Source: a virus
IMG/VR virus record: IMGVR_UViG_3300042453_004661
Span: 60,586 to 124,585 of that record
Reading direction: 5' to 3' (one strand)
Length of the DNA stretch: 64,000 bases
Shown: positions 10,421-20,891 of the stretch, in pieces
How the letters are laid out: each line of letters starts with the position of its first letter
How positions within the stretch are numbered: the first letter of the stretch is position 1
Translations under genes and position numbers: made by a program
Notes under the pieces: model-generated
Told to the model about the DNA's origin: nothing
The model's input: the letters and a program-made list of their open reading frames with translations, nothing else
The model's database searches: none

Positions 10421-13333
10421 ATGCCTATATTACCTACAAGTAGGACAATCCCACAAACAAAAGATATTGCACAAGTATCTGCATTGCCTCTTCGTGTTGG
10501 ATCACAGGCAAGGCAAGATCTTGACAGTGTTTTAGTGGCTGTAGACTCGGCGCTTGATACCGAAGCCGTTGCAAGGCAGAATGCTGATAATACCATATCC
10601 GCAAACCTTGCGGCCCACATTGCTTCAACTACTGCCCACCCAGCCTCGAGCATTACTGCAGTAAGCCAAGAGCGTGGCGCAGTAGTGGCCTCTGCTCTTC
10701 GCCCTATTGATTCTTTTGCGTCAATCAACAATAACAACTTAAATACATTTGGGCAAAGATTTACTTCCTTAGTAACCTCTACCCTTAATAGCATTAGGCT
10801 TGATCTTAGAAAGATTGGAAGCCCCACTGGAAGCGTTAGCGTAGATGTATATACGAATAGCGCCGGAGTGCCCGGGTCTCTATTGGCATCCTCTGGATCT
10901 GTATCTGTTGCATCTATTCGTCAAGAGCCTGGATATTTGACGGAGTTTACATTTTCTACCCCGGCATCTTTGACTGCATCCACAGATTATGTCTTAGTAA
11001 TCAATAGCTCTGCGGTATCGCTTGCTGATTCTGCAAACTATATTCAGGTGGGGTCTGACTCTTCTGCATCCTATGGCAAATTTGCCGTAGCTTCGACTAA
11101 TGGTGGATCTACTTGGTCGGTCCAGACATATGCACTATTTATGCAGGCAAATTCTGCTCCTGCGACAAAAGTTCAAGATTATTTGGACAATCTTGTTGCA
11201 GAATACAGAAATGCCGACATCGTTGAAGCTGCAGAGCGCTTTAGTCAAGATTCTTTAATCAATTCAAGGATCGATACTGAAATTGCCCAGCTTAGAGCAA
11301 CAGCTAATAATCCAAATAATAAAGTTGTAAATATTGCAAGCTCTATTGCAACAAGGCCTGATGGGACACAGCTTAGATTGCCAAATGGATCTTTGCTTAC
11401 TGACTTTACTGGTGGAAGCATCAATTTTGCAACTGGTGCAGTTACTGGATCAGTAGGTTCTTTTTCTAGAATCAATTTTTCAGGCCAAGCGGGTAAATGG
11501 GCAAAATATTCTTTGATCCTTTTGCCGACTCAGCCGGACGCAGTATTAGTCGTTCCTGGAATCAATTACTACGCTTCTCTATCTGCAGCCCAAAACGACA
11601 CTAGCGATCCTTCTGTTTCGGGCGGGATTCCTATTGCAATTATCTGCGTACAGGATAACGGATCTGGTGGCACAGGCACTATCAATGATATTGCACAAAG
11701 CCACATCATGCAAGTTAGGGCTTCTGGATCAGGATCAGGTGGATCTGGATCGGGATCTCCGTTGGACCCAGATCAAGAATCAAATTATGCATTTTATGCC
11801 CGATCTGATTTTTCTGTTGACAAAAAGCTTTTCTATGGTTCTATTTCAGGATCTGCTGTAGATCAAATCCTTGGTCTTGGAAGGATTTCTTTTACAGGAA
11901 ATGGGATCTTTAACAGTAGCAATTTGGTTGGTGAGCAACAAAGACAAGAAGCGAATGTCATCAACAGGGCGACAGTAAAACTTCGTTACGATAGTAACTT
12001 CAAAGATCCTGCCCCTATCGTTTCTTTATCTCGAAATGGCGGTATTACATACCAGACCGCAACACTCTCTAACCCAGCAAGCTCTACGGAGCTTTGGCTT
12101 GCAGATGCTACTTGGTCTAGTCAAGAATCTGGACAGAATACCACAACAGCAACTCCGATCAGCGATAGAATGATATCTACCTCATTCTCTCCAGCTTACG
12201 ATCAGGTAGTAACTTCTTTTGCTGTTTATATGCGTACTGCTTCTTCATCTGGAACAATAACTGCATATATTAGAAATACTGCTTCCGGTGGGATTATTCC
12301 TACTACGGTAGTGGCCCAGTCTGCTGTCGTCCTTAATTGCGGAGCAGATATTGTTAATACTTTTGCATATTTTACATTTCCAATTTCAGCAGTAACTCTA
12401 AAGGCTGGGACAACATATGCCCTAACCGTAGAGGGAAGTTCTGGCGTAACCATCTCTAGCGTATTGGGATCTACAAGTCTTTCCAATTCGCTTGGATTTG
12501 TTTTTGATGGGGCAGTAAATTCTGGATCTGGCTGGTCGGGAAACCCTAGTGGAATTCCTGTTATAGTTAATTCAGCCGGAACCGATCTTAGGCTCAGGGT
12601 ACAATCTTCCGTACCTACTACCGAGCATAGGCTTCTTGGATTTGGCGTTGACTTTGTCTTGGTTGGGCCAGCAACTGTCAGTGGCATGTTTGGCCAAGAA
12701 GCAAGGACCATTACGGCCACCGAGGCTAGTACCGGGATTGTTACATTTAGTAGCTTGACCTATGTGCCTGGAGCTAGACAGCTATACGCAAAAAGTCTTG
12801 GACACCTTTATATGGGTCCTGAAGACTTTGTTGAATTAGCTCCTAACCAGATTCAATTTACTCCTGGATTCTTTATCGCTGGACAAGTAGTTGTATTCTT
12901 CGTGGCATATGGCCTAGTTGATGGGACCTCAAGCGAGTCTCTTCCTAAGATCAATGCTCTTGAAGAAATAATTGTAGGAACTCCTGCCCAAGTATCTGCT
13001 GGAATGGCCGGATATTCTAATCTTCAAGGAGCTATTTCAATAGCTTCTCCGGGCCAAAGGATAGCGCTCTTAAGGGGTGTATTTACCGGGCCTATTACCA
13101 TAGACAGAGAAGTTCATATTTATGGTCGTGGTAGAGGAAGCGAAATCTCTGGAACTATCACTATTTCATCTACTGGCGGAGGCACATCAATAAAAAATTG
13201 CAGACTCAATGGAAATACTTCAATTGATACTCTTGCAAAAAATGTTGTTGTATGCGATAATTGGGTAGCGCCTACATTTAATGTATCTGGCGGAACTAAC
13301 TCATTTATCTTGAATCTCGGAGAGGTGGTATAG
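10421..13333 (+). CDS. Tail fibre/spike protein with C-terminal beta-helix-like region (970 aa)
   Basis: AHIASTTAHPASSI fibre motif, two jelly-roll-like modules, C-terminal 'NLQGAI...GQRIALLRG...VHIYGRGRGS' pectin-lyase-like cap. Confidence 0.6.
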   Translation: MPILPTSRTIPQTKDIAQVSALPLRVGSQARQDLDSVLVAVDSALDTEAVARQNADNTISANLAAHIASTTAHPASSITAVSQERGAVVASALRPIDSFASINNNNLNTFGQRFTSLVTSTLNSIRLDLRKIGSPTGSVSVDVYTNSAGVPGSLLASSGSVSVASIRQEPGYLTEFTFSTPASLTASTDYVLVINSSAVSLADSANYIQVGSDSSASYGKFAVASTNGGSTWSVQTYALFMQANSAPATKVQDYLDNLVAEYRNADIVEAAERFSQDSLINSRIDTEIAQLRATANNPNNKVVNIASSIATRPDGTQLRLPNGSLLTDFTGGSINFATGAVTGSVGSFSRINFSGQAGKWAKYSLILLPTQPDAVLVVPGINYYASLSAAQNDTSDPSVSGGIPIAIICVQDNGSGGTGTINDIAQSHIMQVRASGSGSGGSGSGSPLDPDQESNYAFYARSDFSVDKKLFYGSISGSAVDQILGLGRISFTGNGIFNSSNLVGEQQRQEANVINRATVKLRYDSNFKDPAPIVSLSRNGGITYQTATLSNPASSTELWLADATWSSQESGQNTTTATPISDRMISTSFSPAYDQVVTSFAVYMRTASSSGTITAYIRNTASGGIIPTTVVAQSAVVLNCGADIVNTFAYFTFPISAVTLKAGTTYALTVEGSSGVTISSVLGSTSLSNSLGFVFDGAVNSGSGWSGNPSGIPVIVNSAGTDLRLRVQSSVPTTEHRLLGFGVDFVLVGPATVSGMFGQEARTITATEASTGIVTFSSLTYVPGARQLYAKSLGHLYMGPEDFVELAPNQIQFTPGFFIAGQVVVFFVAYGLVDGTSSESLPKINALEEIIVGTPAQVSAGMAGYSNLQGAISIASPGQRIALLRGVFTGPITIDREVHIYGRGRGSEISGTITISSTGGGTSIKNCRLNGNTSIDTLAKNVVVCDNWVAPTFNVSGGTNSFILNLGEVV

Positions 13334-13334
13334 T

Positions 13335-14597
13335 GTGCCTATTATTACTAACCTTAGCCTAGGCGGTGGAATTACTGTTGCCAACACCTTTTCTACCCCG
13401 GTAAATGTATCTAGCACTATATCTATTCCTGATGATAAAGATAGGCTAGTTTATGTGACTGGCAATGCATCAAGGTCTTCTGGAAACAGCCCAGCAGGTG
13501 CTGATACATCCTGGCGATCTATCTGTTGGTCCCCAGAAAGAAGATTGTTTGTCGCCGTTGGCCGAAGTGAAGACACAGGGGCCGCTCGATGTGCAACCTC
13601 ACCTGATGGAATTACCTGGACAGCCCGAAGCCCGCAAAGTGGTTCTTGGTGGTCCGTCTGCTGGTCCCCAGAAAGAGGATTATTTGTTGCTGTTGCGGGA
13701 ACCGGAACCACTCAAAGAGTCATGACTTCACCGGATGGCATTACTTGGACCGCTAGAACAACTCCTGGCACAAATGAATGGTATTCCGTATGCTGGTCTC
13801 CGGAAAGAGGCTTATTTGTAGCCGTTGCAGCCTCTGGGACAAATGGCGTAATGACTTCTCCTGATGGAATTACATGGACAGCCGGGACATCACCGAGCGA
13901 AAGCTGGCGTTCTGTCTGCTGGTCCCCAGAAAGAGGCTTATTTGTTGCCGTTGCACCTGGATTGCTTTCCAACACAGTAATGACTTCGCCAGATGGGATT
14001 ACCTGGACTGCTAGGGCGCCTGCTGTGGGTAATGAATGGAATTGCGTTTGTTGGTCTCCTGAAAGAGGATTGTTTGTTGCGGTGGCTAAAATAGGAGGGG
14101 CATCACCTCAAAGGGCTATGACTTCACCGGATGGAATTAACTGGACTGCTAGGACAACCCCCGCAAGTAGATATTTTGATTCTGTATGCTGGTCTCCGGA
14201 GAGGGGTTTATTTATAGCTGTTGGAGAATTTAACCATCTAATGACTTCTTCCGATGGAATTACTTGGACATTAAGAAGTTTGATTATTACTTCTGGGTAT
14301 GCCATAGTATGGTCTTCTCAATTAGGAAGATTTGTTTCGTCTGGTTTTTCAACTACATTTGACTTAATCAATCTTGCTCAATTTAATGCCTCTCCAATAC
14401 AAAACGGCCAAAAAGAAGGTCAAAGACTTATTTTGGTGGGAACAGACAATTATAATGCTCCAGAACTAAGATCTATTGGAAATATTGATGCAATTAAAAA
14501 TTCAAATGATCCTGTATTTGCAATAGCCTCTCAAGATCAGTACGAGCTTAGATGGGATAGTGTTAATTCTAAATGGGTTAGAAGAGGAGATGTCTAA
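13335..14597 (+). CDS. Beta-propeller putative receptor-binding protein, paralog 1 (GTG start)
   Basis: About 7 repeats of WxSVCWSPERGLFVAV...MTSPDGITWTxR. Confidence 0.7.
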   Translation: MPIITNLSLGGGITVANTFSTPVNVSSTISIPDDKDRLVYVTGNASRSSGNSPAGADTSWRSICWSPERRLFVAVGRSEDTGAARCATSPDGITWTARSPQSGSWWSVCWSPERGLFVAVAGTGTTQRVMTSPDGITWTARTTPGTNEWYSVCWSPERGLFVAVAASGTNGVMTSPDGITWTAGTSPSESWRSVCWSPERGLFVAVAPGLLSNTVMTSPDGITWTARAPAVGNEWNCVCWSPERGLFVAVAKIGGASPQRAMTSPDGINWTARTTPASRYFDSVCWSPERGLFIAVGEFNHLMTSSDGITWTLRSLIITSGYAIVWSSQLGRFVSSGFSTTFDLINLAQFNASPIQNGQKEGQRLILVGTDNYNAPELRSIGNIDAIKNSNDPVFAIASQDQYELRWDSVNSKWVRRGDV

Positions 14598-16910
14598 TGC
14601 CTGTCGTCACTAACCTTAGCTTAGGCGGTGGAATTACTGTTGCTAATACCTTTTCTACCCCAGTAAATGTATCTAGCACCATCTCTATTCCTGATGATAA
14701 AGATAGAATGGTATATGTGACTGGGACGAGTAGTTGGGTCAACAGGACGCATGGGGTTGCGGGGACTAATTGGAGATCTATATGCTGGTCTCCAGAAAGA
14801 GCAATATTTGTAGCCGTTGGCGGAAATGCAGTAATGACTTCTCCGGATGGAATTACTTGGACGGCCAGGACATCTGCTTCAAGCGTTAATTGGCAATCCA
14901 TCTGCTGGTCCCCAGAAAGAGGCCTGTTTGTAGCTGTTGGGAATAATGCTGTTATGACTTCACCAGATGGCATTACATGGACATCCAGAACGGCTGCAGC
15001 AAATAATCAATGGTATTCTATTTGCTGGTCAAAAGAAAGAGGTTTATTTGTAGCTGTTGCATGGAGCGGTACGGGTAACAGAGTTATGACTTCGCCAGAT
15101 GGAATTGCCTGGACATCTAGAGCATCTGCTTTAGATAATGATTGGCTTTCCGTATGCTGGTCTCCAGAAAGAGGTTTATTTGTAGCTGTTGCAAGCTCTG
15201 GCACAGGCAACAGGGTTATGACTTCGCCAGATGGAATTGCTTGGACATCTAGGGCATCTGCAAATAATACTTATTCATGGTATTCTGTCTGCTGGTCTGC
15301 AGAAAGAGGTCTATTTGTTGCGGTCGGTAGTTTTTTTGATCTTACAGACCCAGTATCTACGGTAATGACTTCACTAGATGGGATTACTTGGACACAAAGG
15401 GCATCGTCAGCAAGCGTTGGGCTGGAGTATATATGCTGGTCTTCTGAAATGGGAATTTTTGTTGCCGTAGCTCCTGATGGTAATTTTGTTATTACATCAT
15501 CAGACGGGATTACTTGGACACAAAGAAACTTTGGTTCATCGTCTACAGTCAATAGGCGCTCTATTTGTTGGTCTCCACAATTGGGGAAATTTATAATTAT
15601 TGTTTTTGAAAATATAGTTACGACATTTGATCTTTTTCAATTTAATGCCTTTCCAATACAGAATGGTCAAAAAGAAGGCCAAACACTAATTCTTGTGGGC
15701 ACAGATGATTATAATGCTCCAGAAATAAAATCTATTGGGAATCTTGATTCGCTTAAGAATGCAAATGACAAGTGCATTCCCATTTCCTCACAAAAAGTAT
15801 ACTCTTTTGAATGGGATAGTGTCAACTTAAAATGGATAAGAAGGAGTAATGGATAATGCCTATTATTACTAATCTTAGTTTAGGCGGTGGAGAAGTTACT
15901 GTTGCCAACACCTTTTCTACCCCAGTAAATGTATCTAGCACTATATCTATTCCTGATGATAAAGATAGAATGGTATATGTGACCGGAACAAGTAGTTGGG
16001 TATCCAGAAGCACTCCCACAAGCAACAACTTTAGATCTGTTTGCTGGTCCCCAGAAAGAGGTTTGTTTGTTGCTGTTTCAAATACTGGAACAGTAAGCGA
16101 TAAAGTAATGACTTCACCGGATGGAATTACTTGGACATCTAGATCGGTTCCTGCATCTAACAATTCATGGTTTTCTGTATGCTGGTCTCCGGAAAGAGGC
16201 TTATTTGTTGCTGTTGCAAATTCTGGCGCATCGTTTGATATTGTAATGACTTCACCAGATGGAATTACTTGGACCTCTAGGTCGTCTGCTCAAAATAATA
16301 ACTTTAATTCTGTCTGCTGGTCCCCAGAAAGAGGACTGTTTGTTGCTGTTGCAGCAACGGGTTCGGCAGGAGGAGTAATAACCTCACCAGATGGAATTAG
16401 CTGGACACTAAGATTTGCTTCAGCCCTAAATGCATGGCAATCAGTCTGCTGGTCCCCAGAAAGAGGACTGTTTGTTGCTGTTTCGAGTAGCGGTACGGCC
16501 AACAGAGTTATGACTTCGCCAGATGGAATTACTTGGACATCGAGAAATACCACGGGACTAGATAGCCTTTGGAGATTTGTCTGTTGGTCTCCAGAAAGAG
16601 GTTTATTTGTAGCCGTTGCAAGTAGTGGGACAAATCAAATAATGACTTCGCCAGATGGGATTACTTGGACGGCCAGGACTGCGCCCAATACAAATACATG
16701 GTATTCCGTATGCTGGTCTTCTGAAATGGGAATTTTTGTTGCCGTTGCGGCTGGGACAAATGGTGTAATGACTTCGCCAGATGGGATTACTTGGACGGCC
16801 AGAGCTTCTCTTGCATCAAGTCAAGATTGGCGTTGCGTATGCTGGTCTCCTCAGTTAGGAGAATTTGTTGCGACAGCCCTTACCGGAACGCTTAATCGAG
16901 TCATGACACT
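13505..16910 (+). repeat. Coding tandem repeats of ~120-150 bp (about 20 copies over three genes)
   Basis: Recurrent blocks tgctggtcYccRgaaagaggNYtRtttgt and atgacttcNccRgatggNattacNtggac separated by variable segments. Confidence 0.85.
14597..15856 (+). CDS. Beta-propeller putative receptor-binding protein, paralog 2
   Basis: Same repeat; N-terminal ~40 aa near-identical to paralogs 1 and 3; TAATG translational coupling. Confidence 0.7.
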   Translation: MPVVTNLSLGGGITVANTFSTPVNVSSTISIPDDKDRMVYVTGTSSWVNRTHGVAGTNWRSICWSPERAIFVAVGGNAVMTSPDGITWTARTSASSVNWQSICWSPERGLFVAVGNNAVMTSPDGITWTSRTAAANNQWYSICWSKERGLFVAVAWSGTGNRVMTSPDGIAWTSRASALDNDWLSVCWSPERGLFVAVASSGTGNRVMTSPDGIAWTSRASANNTYSWYSVCWSAERGLFVAVGSFFDLTDPVSTVMTSLDGITWTQRASSASVGLEYICWSSEMGIFVAVAPDGNFVITSSDGITWTQRNFGSSSTVNRRSICWSPQLGKFIIIVFENIVTTFDLFQFNAFPIQNGQKEGQTLILVGTDDYNAPEIKSIGNLDSLKNANDKCIPISSQKVYSFEWDSVNLKWIRRSNG

Positions 16911-17157
16911 AGATCTTCCTCAGTTAAATTCTACTCCAATACAAAATGGGCAAAAAGAAAGTCAAAAGCTTATTTTGGTAGGAACGGATGGCTATAATGC
17001 CCCAGAAGTAAAAACGATTGGCAATATTGAATCAAGAAAAAACTCAAATGATAAATGCCTAGTCTTGGGCTCCCAAAAAAGATTTGAATTTAGATGGGAT
17101 AGTGTTAATTCTAGATGGGTTAGGCAAAAGCCTAAAAAGAACAAAACTGGATATTAA
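15856..17157 (+). CDS. Beta-propeller putative receptor-binding protein, paralog 3
   Basis: Same repeat and shared N- and C-terminal flanks; TAATG coupling. Confidence 0.7.
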   Translation: MPIITNLSLGGGEVTVANTFSTPVNVSSTISIPDDKDRMVYVTGTSSWVSRSTPTSNNFRSVCWSPERGLFVAVSNTGTVSDKVMTSPDGITWTSRSVPASNNSWFSVCWSPERGLFVAVANSGASFDIVMTSPDGITWTSRSSAQNNNFNSVCWSPERGLFVAVAATGSAGGVITSPDGISWTLRFASALNAWQSVCWSPERGLFVAVSSSGTANRVMTSPDGITWTSRNTTGLDSLWRFVCWSPERGLFVAVASSGTNQIMTSPDGITWTARTAPNTNTWYSVCWSSEMGIFVAVAAGTNGVMTSPDGITWTARASLASSQDWRCVCWSPQLGEFVATALTGTLNRVMTLDLPQLNSTPIQNGQKESQKLILVGTDGYNAPEVKTIGNIESRKNSNDKCLVLGSQKRFEFRWDSVNSRWVRQKPKKNKTGY

Positions 17158-17163
17158 GGATTT

Positions 17164-17952
17164 ATGCCAAGCATAAGACAGATTGAAGTCATAGGAAGGC
17201 TTACCAAGGTATCGTCAAACACGATATCTCTTTCTGCATCAAGAATAAATATTGGAGCATTTCAGTATTATACTCCATCCCTCCTTTGCAACACAAGCGT
17301 CATAGGGGCTGGAGGAGTAGACTCTGCGATTCAGTCATGGAAACTTTATTATGTCTATGTCGTAGTCACTAGCCTTAACAGGACAATCGAACTCATAGCT
17401 AGCACATCGCCTTCTGCCCCGGCAGGGTTTACTGCTTTTAGGCTTGTAGGGTATTTTGATACTATTTCATCGGGTGCGGTTAATGGAGTGGCGAATTCAA
17501 TTGAGGGTGGGGTTGGCGATATCAAGTCTGCCCACATGACCGAAGTAGAATTTGTCAATGCAAATGGCCCAGGATGGATCTTGGCCGATGGCAGAAATGT
17601 AGCCGGAAGTGCGTGGGCCACAGCTAATAGCGCAACCAACATTCCTGACGCTAGGGGTATGGTATTACGGGGCAAAAATAATGGAAGAGCCGATGGAAAT
17701 CAGAACCCAGCAGGGGATAAAGTTCTTGGTGAATTTGAGGGAGATCAAATGCAGGGGCATGTTCATGGGACAAATATTCATGATGATGCCGTAGGTGGGA
17801 GCGGAAGATCTTTTGGGCAAATGCAGTTTGATAATCCAAATCAAATTTTTACAACTGTTCCAATTAACGATGGAACAAATGGAAATCCCAGAACCGGACC
17901 TGAAACCCGCATGAAAAATATCACCGTAAACTATTTCATAAAAGTCAATTAA
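17164..17952 (+). CDS. Tail-collar-domain short fibre protein
   Basis: GWILADGRNV...IPDARGMVLRG collar motif, HxH, C-terminal ETRMKNITVNYFIK. Confidence 0.75.
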   Translation: MPSIRQIEVIGRLTKVSSNTISLSASRINIGAFQYYTPSLLCNTSVIGAGGVDSAIQSWKLYYVYVVVTSLNRTIELIASTSPSAPAGFTAFRLVGYFDTISSGAVNGVANSIEGGVGDIKSAHMTEVEFVNANGPGWILADGRNVAGSAWATANSATNIPDARGMVLRGKNNGRADGNQNPAGDKVLGEFEGDQMQGHVHGTNIHDDAVGGSGRSFGQMQFDNPNQIFTTVPINDGTNGNPRTGPETRMKNITVNYFIKVN

Positions 17953-17979
17953 ATCAATCATTAAGGTCTAGATAAGAGA

Positions 17980-18001
17980 CCTACCCCTTTTGGGTTAAAA
18001 T
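17980..18001 (+). promoter_or_regulatory. Candidate promoter CCT-N13-TAAAAT
   Basis: cctaccccttttgggttaaaat has the same spacing as the duplicated 20-mer; intergenic, upstream of SD aggag. Confidence 0.35.
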
Positions 18002-18028
18002 ATAGACAGAAGATCTATAGGAGAAAAT

Positions 18029-20890
18029 ATGTCAGTTAGAGGCTCAGACGGCAAAAATTTTAGAAGGATTCCAAGGACTTCTGGCGACCGAATTCCTGCG
18101 GTCGGCATCAGAAGGCCTCGAGTTGTTTATACTGCGGTCGGGGGAGAAACCTCTATCGACCTAAATACTCTTACTCCTAGGATTTCTTACCAACCCGGCC
18201 AGGCTCAGCTTGAGCTTAAGTCTTCTTTGGGCTCAATGATTTCTGGCGTAGACTTTTTTGAAAACTCAGGAACCTCAATCGGATTCCCTACCCCGGGCCT
18301 TACTGCTGGCGAGATTATAGAGATTACTCAAACTCTTCAGTATTCTGGAAACCTTGTTGCCCAAGTCCGTCCAGACGAATATTCCGCTATAGCAACTGCT
18401 GGTCAGACTATTATTGATGCAGACTTTTCTTGGCCACTTAATCAAAATCCAGGTAAGCGCCACGGAGCTATTCAGGTATTTATCAACGGGATACTCCAGC
18501 AAAGAGGATCTACTCAAGATTATGTAGAGACCCAGATTGGCACAAGCACCAATACCAATCGTATTACTTTGAATTCTGCTTTGATTGGTGGAGAAAATAT
18601 CTCTATCATTCGTTTGTATCAGGCCATAGATGAGACTGCTGCATCGACTCAGTTCAATAATACAAGACTTACCGATATTCAAGAAACCTTTAGGACTGGA
18701 TTCGAACCATATGTAGACGAGTCAGTCAACATGATCAATGTTCCTTCGACTCAAATCGTGAATCGAGCAAGGATTCCCGATCTCACTCAAGACCTGAAGG
18801 TCAGGCTTGGGATTGAGAGAGTAATGACTCAATTTGCGTATCAGCTTCAAAATGAATTTGGACCAAATGGAGAAACTGTATGGGGCATACAAAATGACTC
18901 CAGAGGGCTTGTAAGATTGGTTGGAAGCGGTTTTGTAAACTATAATGACAGCTATGGACAAAAACCATGGTCAACAACTACAAATGACTATATTGAAATA
19001 ATATTTTATGGAACTGGTCTAAACTTATTGACCAGCCTAGACAATGTCGCAAGAGATTGGCGAGTCTCTGTAGACGGTGGGACAGAAGGATCAAACATTT
19101 ATTTGACCTATTCAAATGTCTTAATAGCTACAAATAACAATGTAAACCAAACCATAAATGTGGCGAATGGGCTTACTCCAGGAATTCATACTGTAAAAAT
19201 TAGACAGAATAATGCTAACGGAATTGGATTGTCAGGATATGAAGTTATCAATGCTTCATCTACATTTTCAAGCAATTTGGTAGTAAACCCAGGCGTTGCA
19301 TATTCTTCTGGTCGAAAGCTTTCTCTACTTTCGCAGTCAACCTCACTTCTTAGCAAGCCAGTATCGTTAACTGGCACAAAAGGCGGTCGAGTTGTTACTT
19401 ATCTTGATGTTGATGGAACAGTAAAGCAAGCCGTAAATGCGACAAATGCCAGTCAATTAACCCTCTCCTCTGCAGATCACACAAACGAAGAGGCCGTAAG
19501 GGTTTATAATTTTAGGGAGTTTGGATCTGGTAGGGCCGATGATTTTTCAATTGGCACAACCGCAACAAATTATTCCTATACATTAGATGATGGAACCACC
19601 ACGCTTGTAGGCTCGAGTACCGGGACTACAGTTTTTCAGGGCGTGGATGGAATTACTTTTGCAAGCTCTGCATCATTTATTACAATCATCTTTGTTGGCA
19701 CTGGGATAGATGTTCATTTTGCCACCGACACCGGAACATCAGGACAAGTCACCGTATTTATCGATGGAATTACTGGTGGAAATATGACTTTAACTGCAGG
19801 CAATGGAATTCGATCTTACAAAATTGCCTCTGGACTTGCTTATGGAACTCATACCGTTAAGATACAAAGAAATACAGCGACGAACTTTACTGTTCCAAGG
19901 TTCACTGTGTATCAGCCGAAAAAGCCGTCTATTCCTACTGGATCGGCTGAGCTTGCTGACTACAATGTAATGGGAAATTATGTTAGCGCAATTCAGAGTG
20001 GGCTAATAGACACCATATCTTCAGGCGTCCTGCACAAACAGTCTACAAGAGAAGCCGCATATGTTGGGACTTGGTCAGCATTTTACGCTTCTCCAAATGT
20101 AATTGGCGCTCAATATACCTCATCTAGCACAATTGGTAACTATGTAGAGTATACATTCTATGGAACTGGGGTAAATATAATTGCCTCTGGCGGGACTACA
20201 ACAATTCAATTAGACGGATCAAACTATACAGGATCGGCAACTGCTGTAGGTACGGGATCTTCCTGGACAGCCGGGACCAGCACATGGGTTGGAGCATCAA
20301 CAAATGGAGCTGGCTTAATTATTTCTGGGCTTAACTTAAAGCTTTGGAGGATTAGGATCACCCTATCTGCAGCTACTGCATTCTTTTTCCATGCAATCCA
20401 TGTCATTACTCCAATACACGCAGTCGCATCGACTATTCCTGCCGAAGTTCAAAATGCACTTCCTGTGGGAAGCTGTTCTCTTTCAGACTCAAGAGCTGTT
20501 TCTCCAATTAAGTCTGAAAAACAAAAAAAGAATTGGGCTCAAGCGGTTGGGGTTACAAGCAGCCCCACAACTACCTCGACCACTGCCGTCCCGTTAAGGG
20601 ATATGAGTTGCACAGTCAGAACAAATGGCGGTGATTTAATAATTAGCTATTCCGTAGTTCTTGGGAATAGCAATACTGTCTCTCCAGCAATAACTATTTG
20701 TTTAAATGGTGTTCAACTCAGCGGAAAATATGCAGGCAACAATGCCATGGGGTCAATTTTAATTTCTGATATTTTACGCATTTCGGTTTCGCCTGGAGTT
20801 CATAAAGTAGATCTATACTGGGCAGCTGGCCCAGGCGCTACTGTTACCGCAAATGGAACAAACAGAACCCTGCTTGTAGAAGAGGTATAA
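18029..20890 (+). CDS. Tail-associated protein with three carbohydrate-binding-like jelly-roll repeats (953 aa)
   Basis: Three F(Y/V)GTG...V/I-DG...GL..G.HTVKI-type modules; two VFINGILQ..DY-type modules at the N-terminus. Confidence 0.6.
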   Translation: MSVRGSDGKNFRRIPRTSGDRIPAVGIRRPRVVYTAVGGETSIDLNTLTPRISYQPGQAQLELKSSLGSMISGVDFFENSGTSIGFPTPGLTAGEIIEITQTLQYSGNLVAQVRPDEYSAIATAGQTIIDADFSWPLNQNPGKRHGAIQVFINGILQQRGSTQDYVETQIGTSTNTNRITLNSALIGGENISIIRLYQAIDETAASTQFNNTRLTDIQETFRTGFEPYVDESVNMINVPSTQIVNRARIPDLTQDLKVRLGIERVMTQFAYQLQNEFGPNGETVWGIQNDSRGLVRLVGSGFVNYNDSYGQKPWSTTTNDYIEIIFYGTGLNLLTSLDNVARDWRVSVDGGTEGSNIYLTYSNVLIATNNNVNQTINVANGLTPGIHTVKIRQNNANGIGLSGYEVINASSTFSSNLVVNPGVAYSSGRKLSLLSQSTSLLSKPVSLTGTKGGRVVTYLDVDGTVKQAVNATNASQLTLSSADHTNEEAVRVYNFREFGSGRADDFSIGTTATNYSYTLDDGTTTLVGSSTGTTVFQGVDGITFASSASFITIIFVGTGIDVHFATDTGTSGQVTVFIDGITGGNMTLTAGNGIRSYKIASGLAYGTHTVKIQRNTATNFTVPRFTVYQPKKPSIPTGSAELADYNVMGNYVSAIQSGLIDTISSGVLHKQSTREAAYVGTWSAFYASPNVIGAQYTSSSTIGNYVEYTFYGTGVNIIASGGTTTIQLDGSNYTGSATAVGTGSSWTAGTSTWVGASTNGAGLIISGLNLKLWRIRITLSAATAFFFHAIHVITPIHAVASTIPAEVQNALPVGSCSLSDSRAVSPIKSEKQKKNWAQAVGVTSSPTTTSTTAVPLRDMSCTVRTNGGDLIISYSVVLGNSNTVSPAITICLNGVQLSGKYAGNNAMGSILISDILRISVSPGVHKVDLYWAAGPGATVTANGTNRTLLVEEV

Positions 20891-20891
20891 A

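Noticed and set aside
13505-16910. Repeat/variable-spacer pattern resembling a CRISPR array
   Set aside because: The repeats are degenerate at third codon positions and lie in frame within three long ORFs; no cas genes or leader are present.
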